From: an uncultured virus (IMG/VR IMGVR_UViG_3300034073_004395)
Taxonomy: Duplodnaviria > Heunggongvirae > Uroviricota > Caudoviricetes
IMG/VR virus record: IMGVR_UViG_3300034073_004395
Length of the DNA: 64,000 bases
Direction: 5' to 3' (one strand)
Part shown: positions 47,181 to 57,337 of the stretch, piece by piece
Position numbering within the stretch: position 1 is the stretch's first letter
How the letters are laid out: every line of letters starts with the position of its first letter
Notes under the pieces: model-generated
The model's database searches: none
Told to the model about the DNA's origin: nothing
What the model saw: only the letters and a program-made list of their open reading frames with translations
Made by a program: the position numbers and the translations under genes

Positions 47181-47582
47181 TGGCCAGTATCTGCTACGGA
47201 TACGTATCAGTATCAGTCAGGATATCAGCACACAGCCCTATGTCAGCGTCTCCTGACATGCGTGTATGCGCATATGCGTGTAGGCGCATAGAAGCATGGG
47301 CGAGGCCGAAAATGGGGGTGTGGGGAGGGCCTTACTATACCGCGTTCCCGTTAGTTTCCATACCATTTTTCATTTAGTCCCTTTACCGTGTTTTAACGAG
47401 TTTCCTTTACCGCCTTTCGTTTTGTTTCTACCAACCATGACCATCAAAAGCCGCCTTTAGGGCGGCTTCTTCACTGGCAAACGGCCCTCCTACGAAACTT
47501 TCATCATCATCGGCATAGAAATACCAGCCTTCCACTAATTCAGTGCCTTTACAGCAGTCTTCAGAAAAGAAATCAACAAGAA

Positions 47583-49706
47583 TCATGAGAATTCTCCAAT
47601 GATGTAGTCGAAAGGCCCTTCACCATGACCGATGCAATGCCCTGCAAGCAAAGCATGCCTGGCAAGACCATAAGGCCCTATTTCTGCATAGTTGTCTTTT
47701 AGCCATTGTTTATCAAAGAGCTTACCAGGCTTACCGCTCCTATCCCAGACAATGGAGAAGAACTTTCCATTATCAACAAAGTCTCCATATTCATCTCTTA
47801 TTTCGTAGTCATGATCTTTCGTTAAATAATCAATGCGGCTCCATAGTTGCTGCCAATTATTGATGCCATCTTCTGGATATACGTGAAGACCAAAGCACCA
47901 GCCATAAGAGCTTTTGCCAAGATGCAAAGGAGGCTCTTTTTCTTTGCCGCAATGAAAGCATTTAGGAGCGTGAAGATAGTAATTAGTGCCCATTATTTCA
48001 TCACCTGCTGAAGCCTCTTCCACAACCATTGCTCTTTGGTATCAGGGCGCATCAGCTCATAGCCTTCATGATCAATGATGCTATCACCAGCGCTGTCTAC
48101 ATATCCTTCAACGTCCCTGCGCCAGATGCCCCTGCAAGAGCCTTGCTGGTCAAAGACGGCAATAATGTCTTCCCGATCCTCCATCGCTTGCCTGACGTGG
48201 AAGAGAAGATCTCTCAATCGGGCCGCTTGGTAGCGGCCTTTAGTGGGAGGGAAATACGGGCCGTTGTCTTGATAAGTGGAAATGGTCAACATGGTTCAGA
48301 AAGCAGGGCGATCAGGAAGGGTTTCAGGCTCTTCTTCAGCCTCGTGGACAATTTCTTTGAGCTGGTCAATAATGCAGCGAATAGCGTAGGCAGCACCTGG
48401 CCCCACGTTGTCTAATGCTTCGTCCATTGTCCTAATTTCATCGTGCACGTCTTGAATGGTTTCAAAAGTCTTGAGGGCGTATGGAACACCCCATTCATCA
48501 TCGACAATGAGAGAGTAAGGCATTGTCATTTAAAGAGAGGGGAGAGGGCTGCGGGGGCAGCCCTTGGCTGAGCCAGGCCAAGCTTCACGAGGCAAGGCTT
48601 TAACGACACTCAGTTGCCGGTAACGCTCCAATGAAGAAAAATTGGGCGAGACAATGGTAGTGAAATCAGACGGTGGCCGTCGCTTTTGCTGGCAGCATGA
48701 TCCAAGCGGTGTAGTTAGCAGCAGAACGATCCACACGAATCAGTCCTTTCTTTTCTAATGCTTCGAGAGCGTTTAAATACAGTTCAAGGCGATTGCCAAC
48801 AAGAAAGTTCTTTGGTACAAAACATGGTGCATTTTTGTTGCGTTTTTGATGAGCAAGAAAGTAACAATAAAGATTGCGCTGATTGATGGAAAGTCCAGAG
48901 TTAATCATGAATGAATGATGTTGTTGAAGAACTGTTCAGCTTGCCATTTATGGTCAAAGATGCCGTAGGAAGTGGTATGGATGGAGAGTTCGCTTAAACG
49001 TTCCCAGCCATATGCTTCCCACTTGCGGGAACCATCGGCGCAGAAATATTGCTGAATGCCGTAGCCAGAGTGTTGAGACTGGCGGTCAGCTTCTAAGCGA
49101 GCTTCGTAAGAAGGATAATGTTTCATGATGAGAGAGGAGAAGGGGCCTTGCGGCCCCGTTGACAATCAGCGCTGTTGGTCGCAGATGCCCATGAGCATCT
49201 CACCAACGTACTGTTGAGCAGCGCGAAGCTTGTCGAACGCTTCATCACGCTCCTTGCGAGCTTGATAGTAGGCGTCAGGGCCTTGCGGATAAAAATCCCT
49301 CCCGTTAAGCTCCGCTACTGCAAGTGCGTCGATTGCCTTGTCAATGGCATCGTAAGCAGCAGCGTAACCATCTCTAAGATCCGTGAAGCTGGTGCCGTTG
49401 AGATGGATGGTGGGGATGGTGGCCATGGTTGCGAGAGGCGCGAACAAGAGAACAATACAGCAGAAAGGCCCTGTTTCCAGGGCCTGTTACAAAACGTCAC
49501 AATTAATAGAGGCTCTCAATGCGAAACGGGCCAAGCCTGCCCACGCGCAGAGCTTTTTCTTTTACAAATTGCTGACTATTTGTCTTGGTATTCTTTATTT
49601 TGTAGAGACCAGTTTCGGGAATAGCTTTAACAATGATATATTCTCCTCTCCATTGTTTAAAACCAAAGTCGTAAAGATCGACAATAAGACCAACAGAGAA
49701 TTTCAT
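47583..49706 (-). CDS. Cluster of small early hypothetical genes (47583-47993, 47993-48292, 48296-48529, 48666-48908 wHTH-like, 48905-49126, 49166-49426, 49503-49706)
   Basis: Co-oriented, tightly packed ORFs with coupled starts/stops. Confidence 0.6.
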
Positions 49707-49894
49707 GAGGACAACAGCCGCTTAATGTCTCGCTCTACATTCTTCAATGCTCGCCAATCAGTGCAGCTTGTGCTGCAAACGAGAGTCTTGCCGGAAGAAT
49801 GCTTAAACACATAATGTTTGTTCTTTCTATGAAGAACAAAGCCATGTTGCTTAACGAGCTCAAACAATGCGCGTCTATTGTCCTTTAATGCCAT
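49703..49894 (-). CDS. HicA-like small protein
   Basis: GFVLHRKNKHYVFKHSSGKTLV..TDWRALKNVERDI. Confidence 0.55.
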   Translation of the reverse strand: MALKDNRRALFELVKQHGFVLHRKNKHYVFKHSSGKTLVCSTSCTDWRALKNVERDIKRLLSS

Positions 49895-50133
49895 TACAAG
49901 AAGCGCCAGATATCGTCTTGCATACTGTCAGCAAGCGTTAGGAAGAAAGCTTTTGTGCGCTTATTTGGTTGACTTGCTGGGGCATGCTGAGGGGCTTCAT
50001 GAACAAGGGCCAGAAGCTTAGAGCGAGCAGCAGAGCGATCATCGCGAGAATAGTTTGACAAAGAATAGCCAGCGTCTTTCACCATACGAGAAATGGCACG
50101 CTGGGAGCGAGTGAGGAAGGGAGTGCAGGTCAT
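49894..50133 (-). CDS. Hypothetical protein
   Basis: Coupled to neighbours. Confidence 0.5.
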   Translation of the reverse strand: MTCTPFLTRSQRAISRMVKDAGYSLSNYSRDDRSAARSKLLALVHEAPQHAPASQPNKRTKAFFLTLADSMQDDIWRFL

Positions 50134-50136
50134 TGT

Positions 50137-50427
50137 TCAGAAGACGAGAGTTTGACCATTGGCTTTGATGCTCAATACGCGCTCACAATCAAACGAGCGC
50201 CATGCACCTTCGCCTGCAGTGCGAGCAATGGTGAAATCACGGCAACGAATAATGCTGGGCTTCTTTACGGAAGTTCCCGTGCCCTTGATTTCTTTGGTAT
50301 CGCGAGGATTGAAGCAAAGACTACGAACGCTGCCGTCTGCTTTTACAAAGCGCACGTTCACAATGCTGCCACCAGCATTGAAGATGAAGCTTTTGATTTT
50401 GTCAGTTTTAGTCATTGGAGGAGCCAT
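50137..50427 (-). CDS. WYL-like / SH3 beta-barrel protein
   Basis: VRFVKADGSVR..D..AWRSFDCERV. Confidence 0.65.
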   Translation of the reverse strand: MAPPMTKTDKIKSFIFNAGGSIVNVRFVKADGSVRSLCFNPRDTKEIKGTGTSVKKPSIIRCRDFTIARTAGEGAWRSFDCERVLSIKANGQTLVF

Positions 50428-50485
50428 CGCTGGCAAAGGACTAGGGAAGAAAGAAGCCCCCGAAGGGGCTCTCCGTACCAAGGGA

Positions 50486-50514
50486 ACAATATAGCTAGTT
50501 GACCTGGTTGTCAA
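50486..50514 (-). promoter_or_regulatory. Sigma70-type promoter TTGACA-17-TATTGT
   Basis: Near-consensus hexamers with 17-bp spacer. Confidence 0.7.
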
Positions 50515-50686
50515 GCGGCTCAACTGGGAAGCCGTTGGCAATGCGGCAATAGCGTTCTGGGTGGAGCTTTAGGCATTTTGTCAAGCCCTCTTGATTTGGC
50601 ATTACTTGAGGGGCAGCCACCAGAGCAAAGGCGCCAAGCCCAAAGGCGCAGATGACAAGCATGAAAGAAGCGAGATTAGCAGTCAT
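50495..50686 (-). CDS. Small membrane protein
   Basis: N-terminal TM segment; CLKLHPERYC. Confidence 0.5.
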   Translation of the reverse strand: MTANLASFMLVICAFGLGAFALVAAPQVMPNQEGLTKCLKLHPERYCRIANGFPVEPLDNQVN

Positions 50687-50690
50687 GGTT

Positions 50691-51047
50691 TTAGAGGCGA
50701 GCAATGCAGACGCGGGCAGTGCCTTGGCTTTGCTTGGCAATGCGAGAGAAGCTGCCAGCAGATATGTCAAGGATGCGCCCTCCATGAAAAGACCCTCTGT
50801 CGGAAATTGTCAATACCACCTGCCTTCCATTGTCACGATTTGTAACAAGAAGCTTCGTTCCAAATGGGAGCGATGGATGGGCGGCTGTCATGGCTGCTGG
50901 GTTCATTGGCCGTCCGTTGGCCATTGTCTGCCAGGCATAACCATCAGAAGCTGTTCCGTAGAAGCTGGCTTCGCCGCATTGTTTGGCTTGTGCAGCAGGT
51001 GCTGCGGCTCCGAGGAGGAGCAAAGAAAGAAGAAATCGTGAAAGCAT
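50691..51047 (-). CDS. RlpA-like (DPBB) lytic transglycosylase with signal peptide
   Basis: ASFYG..ANG..TAAHPSLPFGT..VTN..DRG..RILDIS. Confidence 0.88.
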   Translation of the reverse strand: MLSRFLLSLLLLGAAAPAAQAKQCGEASFYGTASDGYAWQTMANGRPMNPAAMTAAHPSLPFGTKLLVTNRDNGRQVVLTISDRGSFHGGRILDISAGSFSRIAKQSQGTARVCIARL

Positions 51048-51150
51048 CAAAATGGTGGAAAGAACTAGAGAGGCCCATCGCCATCGCTGACGACAGTCTT
51101 ACCATTGTGCCATGGTCGTCAAGGGGCTTGCTGGATGCTATGCTTTGAAA

Positions 51151-51371
51151 GCAGTCGGTTCTAGCGGCTTAATTGCTGCTCCTGTCTTTGGGCGGGCCGT
51201 GAGGGTGAACGGGCATAGGCAGTGTGGGCGATGCCGTATGGCTTCGCCAAGGAGCTAGTCATTCTCCTGAGAGGCACACTGCCCTTCTAGGCGAGGAGAT
51301 TTCCCCTAGTTGTTTTTGTTTATCGGAGACTGCGCAAGGGAGGGAGGGCGAAAGCCCTCCTTTCTTTGCGC
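51151..51371 (+). ncRNA. Candidate multibranch ncRNA
   Basis: Extended -10 TGcTATGCT at 51136-51144; closing stem GCAGTC/GACTGC; GGCAGTGTG/CACACTGCC; terminal GAAA hairpin. Confidence 0.55.
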
Positions 51372-51420
51372 CTATACATGACTAGCCGACAGTAGGCTAT
51401 ACAAGACCAGCCAATTTTCC

Positions 51421-51600
51421 ATGGAAAAGAAACTGTCTAAAGAGCAAGAGCGTGAACGTCTTGCACGATGGCTAGGAAAAGGAGAAGTTTACGATCCGCG
51501 CAATGAACCAGACTTTGATACGTTTTTATACGGGACTGAGCCCATTCCTGGCGATACCACTTGGACAAAAGAAAAGGCCCCTGATGGGGCCTTAGGTTAA
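51421..51600 (+). CDS. Hypothetical protein (59 aa)
   Basis: MEKKLSKEQERERLARWL..; below ORF-track cutoff. Confidence 0.45.
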   Translation: MEKKLSKEQERERLARWLGKGEVYDPRNEPDFDTFLYGTEPIPGDTTWTKEKAPDGALG

Positions 51601-51618
51601 ACATGGCAGAGAAGGTGA

Positions 51619-51978
51619 CTACTCGTTGTCGGGAAGTTGTTCAAGGGCGCGGCGGATGGTGTCTGCACCAAGTTGAGTAGAGCTGTTATTGAGAATGTGA
51701 ACTAACGCCTCTAGCGCCTGCTTCTTCAAGCTCGGCGGCTTGGAGCGCATTGCTTCTACCAAACCCTTACCAGTTGGAGTGATTGTCAAATGTGGCGCAT
51801 CCAAGGAATTTCGGTCTAACCACTCCGCGTCTGCCTCAAGTTGGAGGTCTGCGCCCCATTGGGCGGCAAGCGTACAAAGTACGTTCGGATCAGGTGGGCG
51901 CTTCCACGGTTCAGGTTTGGCAATCTCTATCCAGTCTTCAATCAGCTCCGGCGGTGGGGTGATTTTGGGTCCAATCAT
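51619..51978 (-). CDS. Hypothetical protein
   Basis: ITPPPEL..AAQWGAD..SLKKQAL. Confidence 0.6.
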   Translation of the reverse strand: MIGPKITPPPELIEDWIEIAKPEPWKRPPDPNVLCTLAAQWGADLQLEADAEWLDRNSLDAPHLTITPTGKGLVEAMRSKPPSLKKQALEALVHILNNSSTQLGADTIRRALEQLPDNE

Positions 51979-52463
51979 GAGTCAATCCAGTGGTTTTCGA
52001 GACGGTGGGCAACTGCTGCGAGATGGGCCGACAAAGCATCAGCAAAGCGACCAACAAACACTTGGCGCTTGGTTTTTGGGTGAGTGTATTGCCCAGTATA
52101 TTTACCACGGGATTTGTGGACATAGCGATACGGCACGGATCCCAGTACCTTCCGATTAGCTAGATTGCCGCTGCGGTCTACCCAACGCAAATTTGACAGA
52201 AGGTTATTCGACGGATTTCTGTCTATATGGTCCACCTCGTTACCTGGTATTAGCTGCGGCTTGCCGCTAATAAGTAAGATTAACCGATGGCATTTATAAT
52301 TTTTACCTTTAAACCTGACAATCCAATAACCCTTGTCGTTGAGATATCCTGCCCTTTTTCCGCTCTTTGTTTTCTTGGTTTGCCAAGAAAGACCAGAGGG
52401 AGATGCTTCGTCAATCTCAAGACAATTTAAAAGTTCATCTGGGATAGGGTGTTGTTGTGTCAT
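51975..52463 (-). CDS. HNH homing endonuclease
   Basis: HRLI..VDHIDRNPSNNLLSNLRWV..N; AP2-like tail. Confidence 0.85.
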   Translation of the reverse strand: MTQQHPIPDELLNCLEIDEASPSGLSWQTKKTKSGKRAGYLNDKGYWIVRFKGKNYKCHRLILLISGKPQLIPGNEVDHIDRNPSNNLLSNLRWVDRSGNLANRKVLGSVPYRYVHKSRGKYTGQYTHPKTKRQVFVGRFADALSAHLAAVAHRLENHWIDS

Positions 52464-52482
52464 GGGTGATTAGTGGTAATGG

Positions 52483-54758
52483 CTACTGGGATTCAATCTC
52501 GTCAGCGATAGCAAGGATATTTGGACGGTAAATCCAATAGCCTTCACCATCGTCGCACTTGCAATGCTCTGCAATGGCACGAAGAACAGCAGCAATAGCA
52601 GTGGTTTTATTGGCTGCTAATTTCCGTTGATCGTATGCAGTAAGCACGGCTTGCGCAGCGGGGGAAAGGTTAGCCATTTTCAATGCCAATAGCTTGTTTG
52701 TTTGCATAGTCACTTACCAAGTGATTAGAGCAAATCACTTGTGTCGTTCAATTGATATGCAAATACTGCCAACGCAGCAAAGCTGGAATAGAAGCAGGCT
52801 CAAGGCCCATGTCTTCAAGCACAAGTTCAAACCATTCTGCCATGACATCAATCACTGCAATCACTTGCGGATCATCAGGAAGAATGTCATCTTCCATGGC
52901 TTCTGCAATCATTTGCTGAAGTTTGGTGAATTTGTTCATGATTAAATGCCAGTGGCAGCACGGTAAAGTTTAAGGCACAAAAGCTCATGCTTTTGTTTCC
53001 ATAGCTCAAGACGACCTTCCAATTGCTGGAGACTGAGCTGCCTGTTTAAGCGTTGAGGACGCTCCCAATCAAGCTCAGGATCGTTGTCGTAATCACCATC
53101 AGTAAAGAAGGCCACAGTCAGAAAGCTCCTTCTTTGATGGCACGCGCGTAAGAAAGCATATATTCTTCCAGATCTGCGCCAGTAGGGGTTTCTTCGATAA
53201 TCTGTTCATGATCCTTTTGTGCTTGCTTTAGAGAGGCTTGAAAAATGTGCTTGATAGAACCAAGTGCAATGCGTTGCTTGACATTTGGCTCATCGTCAAT
53301 TGCCTGCTCTAACGTGCAAACAAAATCTTGAAGCTCCTTCACTGTGATGGGCACGCTGGCAATGGGAGAGCCAAAGCTCATTACCAAGCGATTATCAGAA
53401 GTGAAGGCTGAAAGCTTCTCTCCCCAATGATAAAACCTTGCAGTCATTGCTTTAAAGAGAAAGGGCATGCAAGCTCTCGCCCGCATGCCCAGTAGTATGC
53501 CGCCTTCAGGAAGCCAGGTCAAGCGTTGTAACAATTCTTTACAGAGCCTGCCCTTTCCCTCAGTTCAAGCGTGGTGCGATAAGCGGCCTTGTGGCTTGGC
53601 AATGGTTTGTCCCGCCATTTAGTAGCAATGCAATGGCAGGCGCCCATAGGCTCTAGCACGGCATGCCTGTTGGTCCTGTCAAGCAGAATTTGCAGGGCCT
53701 GGCGTTTCCGTTTTGTAAGGTCAGGCTCTGGCTCTTCAATGCCAACGCGGGCATAATCCGCCAGCTCAGACAAATCGTCTAACGAATTGGTGGTGATGAC
53801 GAAATGGCGTCCACGATGCTGAGCTTTGTTCCATGCAGGGTGGATGTTTTCTGCTGCTAGAGCTTTGGCATCTTCCTGAAGCTCAGGAGGAAGCACAATG
53901 TGAACTGTGGGCGCCAATGGCGTGCCTTCAACAATAAAGGAAGGCTGATGCGTGTCCATGAAGAATCAATGGAAAAGGAATTCACGGCTTTTGAAGATAA
54001 CAAGCACATTGCCCCACCTGCGATGTGGAGCAAAGGCATAAGAGCCCATGCTGTTTTGCCAACTGATAGAAAGCGGGCCGAACCATGCAGTGCCCCAATC
54101 GCTTGTGCAAATTAGTCCAATGAAATCATTCATCGCAATTGTTCTGGAAGACTCTCTGGAAGAGGCTTGATTTCTTCAATCAAAGCAATCTTAATATCAG
54201 GGCGTATTGCAAGCATAAAATGTTCAGCCTGCTTAGCAGAAATAGCCCCCAATGCAATAGTTTTACCTTCGGAAGTAGTTATCTTCCAAGTGCGACAAGG
54301 AGTCATAAGTCTTCCTCAATGTGCTCAAGAATGGCTTGAGAGAGTTCTTTCTCCAGCATAATTTTCCAATCTTGATCACCGCCGAGGCTTCCCACTTCGT
54401 AAATGAGATGAAGGCTGTCTGAAATGCGCGTGGCATCCATCATGCAAGCCACTGCCTCTGGCATTTGACCAGTGGCAAACAGATCTTCTGCAGCTTCCGT
54501 ATGGGCTTCAAACCACTTGCCAAGGGCGAACAGCGCCACTTGCCGGTAGGTCTCATCGCCATAGCTCTCCAGGAGCCTCTCAATGCTCTTATGGAGCTTT
54601 GGCGGAATGCCTACAGTGCCATGGTCGGCAAGATGAGGAGCAATGGAAGCGGAGATCGCATCACGCTTGCTTTGCTTGGCTGCAGCAGCCTCTCGCAGAA
54701 AGGCTTCGGCAGTGGAGAAGCTGAAGGGATGATCGCTGTGACCTGGAGAGACAGACAA
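52483..54758 (-). CDS. Cluster of small hypothetical genes (52483-52713, 52748-52939, 52943-53116, 53118-53447, 53519-53959, 54303-54758)
   Basis: Co-oriented packed ORFs. Confidence 0.55.
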
Positions 54759-54803
54759 GAGAGGAGCGCAACAATGACAGTGTGCCTACGCTAGCGGCGC
54801 TTG

Positions 54804-55553
54804 TCAATAGTCGTCTTTATTAATTGTTTGTAAAGGAATGGCTTCAGGCCATTCCTCTTTCTCTGGTTCTGCATCGAAGCTCACTTCCGCCGATGCTGGT
54901 AAAGAATTCTTCCTGCGTTCTTCAGTGGCATTGGCTTCTTTTTCTTTTGCAATCGTGGTGGAAAGGTCTTTAAGGAATTTCCTATAGGAATTGTCTTGTT
55001 GTGATTCTTGTTTGATTTCATTAAGACCAAGCAGCTTGGCTTGTTCGACAAGAGAGTTCTTTGCCACATTGAGAAACGATGCATCGCCAGCACTTTCTTC
55101 AATCTTGATCATTTCCTTGCTTCCATCGTCACCACCTTCCATCATTGTTATCACGCGCTTCCTTTTGCTCTTCTCAAAGCTATCCAGAGCCAGGTCTTTC
55201 AAGTCCATTTGCTCCTTCAAAAGACGTGCTCGATGCACGTCTTGGTTTTTGAGAATTTCTTCAGTATATAGCTGCCTATTAAAGTGTCTATCTCCGTTAA
55301 CTGTTTCCTTGCTTAGCTTTAGAACATTTGCTATTTGACGATTACTCATCTTTGCAGCAAGAAGCTCTTGCACCATCCATCGCCTAAGACCAAGCATTTC
55401 TTTGGAATAGCCAGCGGCGCCAGTGCCGCCATTAACTTTTGTTTCCCTTACTGCCTCAAACTGCGTCAAGCTTACGCCTGCTTTTTTCAATGCATTAGCA
55501 GCATATTCAAGCTCTTCTTCTGGCGATGTAAATTCAATCTCAGGCTTAGCCAT
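54804..55553 (-). CDS. HTH DNA-binding protein, possible terminase small subunit
   Basis: MSNRQIANVLKLSKETV HTH; GDASFL..AKLLGL. Confidence 0.5.
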   Translation of the reverse strand: MAKPEIEFTSPEEELEYAANALKKAGVSLTQFEAVRETKVNGGTGAAGYSKEMLGLRRWMVQELLAAKMSNRQIANVLKLSKETVNGDRHFNRQLYTEEILKNQDVHRARLLKEQMDLKDLALDSFEKSKRKRVITMMEGGDDGSKEMIKIEESAGDASFLNVAKNSLVEQAKLLGLNEIKQESQQDNSYRKFLKDLSTTIAKEKEANATEERRKNSLPASAEVSFDAEPEKEEWPEAIPLQTINKDDY

Positions 55554-55569
55554 TACGCAGTTCTATTCT

Positions 55570-56249
55570 CTAACGAATTGTATCTCCTTTTCCATGGAGA
55601 GAACGAACAAATAGTTCCGTGAAACGTTCCATTTTGGCAGTAGCAATGCTTGCTGGATAGCCATCAATGGCTTCTTTCAAGCTGCATAGTTCCTGCCATT
55701 CTTCTTGCGAAAGCTCTTCTTCTGACGATGCAGGGAAAATAGTCATAGCAAAAGGGGCGCCCAAAGCGCCCCGTTCTAGAAGATCAATGATACTGCCAAA
55801 AGACTTGATCCATCAAGGCATCTAGCTCAACCAAGCGCTTAGGGCAATACTTCCTTACAAACTCCTCCATCTCTCCATGGAAGGAACTGATGATTTCTGC
55901 ATAGGCAGCGTCAAGCCCTGCAGGAATTAGCTCTTCGTCTGTTTCACGTCGATAAGCAACTGCCATGCAAGACTTAGGGCTCTCGCAGTATTCGTTTTTC
56001 ATGGCCCTTTCATTCTGCATCGCTCTGCTCCTGAGCGGCAAAGCCACTATCAATTAGCTTTTCAATTTCATGCAGGCTAGAGCGCCAATGGCGCTCTCCA
56101 TTATTATCCCGTGCTCCGTAAAGCGTACGGGCCGCTGGTTGCGGCCCTTTCCTAGGAGAAGAAAAGCCATAGTGAACAATAGGCAAAATTTCAGTGCCGT
56201 TATGTTCAAGCAGAGGCAAGTGGTCAACTGCTCGTGGAGCGTTAAGCAT
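55570..56249 (-). CDS. Three small hypothetical genes (55570-55746, 55784-56002, 56010-56249)
   Basis: Packed ORFs; terminator near 55750. Confidence 0.5.
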
Positions 56250-56313
56250 TGTTCAGGAAAATTCCTTCGCAATACTAAAGAGAATTCTGTTCAATGAAGG
56301 CTTCATTGCCTTG

Positions 56314-56457
56314 TGTCTTGAACGTTTCGCCCTTGGGGGCTCCACTTTGGCTTGAGCGGCATTGCGGAGGTTTTTGGTCTTGTACAGGCTCTTGTTCTTT
56401 TAGGGAATCTTGGCCTACTGGACTGAACGCTCCGCCCGTGGGGGCTCCGCTCTGGCT
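56314..56457 (-). repeat. Two ~34-bp imperfect repeats related to the 42.2-kb repeats
   Basis: Minus strand GAGCCCCCAAGGGCGAAACGTTC and GAGCCCCCACGGGCGGAGCGTTC. Confidence 0.7.
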
Positions 56458-56621
56458 GGTGGCCATGCCTGAGCGTAGTGAGGCAACGGTGAAGCTCTTG
56501 CTGGTGAGGCAAGGCTTGTCTGGCTTTAGGGTAAAGGGATTTTGGCAAAAGTCAATACGGGGCTGGGCAGCTTTTCTTACTGGCACAACGCTTTCCCCGA
56601 GATGCCGCGTTCGGCTTCAGT

Positions 56622-57034
56622 ATGACCTTGTTCTCCATCCTCTCTATGGGACACCCGCTCTTCTCCGATCCATCGCAGGACTTAGGAGCAGCCAATCCGG
56701 TATTCACTGACGAATGGCTCGCAGCCAACGGCCATGATCGCCAATGGCTACAGGAATGGTTCATGAAGCATGAAACTGATTCTTTCGCAATGCAGGAATG
56801 GGTAGTGCACCACAAGTACAACAAACACAGCGATCCGCGCCTGCTACGCACACCTCGCCAAGCCTTTTGACAATCATGGACACTTCCAATTTCAAAGTAA
56901 TTAAGCTGCCTGCCAACGGACCCAAACCTGGGCAAAGCATGGACGCCTGGCTCTACGGCAAAGACAAGGACACTGAGCGCACACGCAAAATTCTTGAGCA
57001 GCGCGAGTTCAACGGGAAACGCGCTCCCAAGTAA
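56622..57034 (+). CDS. Two small hypothetical genes (56622-56870, 56876-57034)
   Basis: ORF track; terminator at ~57045-57068. Confidence 0.45.
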
Positions 57035-57337
57035 AGCAAAAGAAAGGCGGCTCAAGGGCCGCCTTTTTCATTCTTCATCGTCATCTTCAAAATCTGGTTG
57101 AGCCTTGAACCAATCTTCTGCAAGTTCAACAAGCTTCTTTTGTGCTTCAGGCGAAAGCGGCGCCACAAGCGCCGCGCTCTCACTGTTGTCCCAAATAATT
57201 TTCACTTTTTCATCGCGATGGAATTTTCATGGTAATTGAAAACTATCGCCTGCTGAAAAAGCTAGACTATTCAAGCTGCTCGCGACGGTAAGCAGCGGGG
57301 AGGCTAGCAATAGAGCCTCCCTCCTATTGCGAGAGAG

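Noticed and set aside
50829..50846. Good HLR1-like match GTTACAAA-TC-GTGACAAT
   Set aside because: Lies in the conserved VTNxxNG codons of the RlpA-like gene and has no -10 at the matching spacing
56275..56710. Overlapping ORFs in three frames
   Set aside because: No protein-like motifs; better explained as a repeat-containing intergenic region
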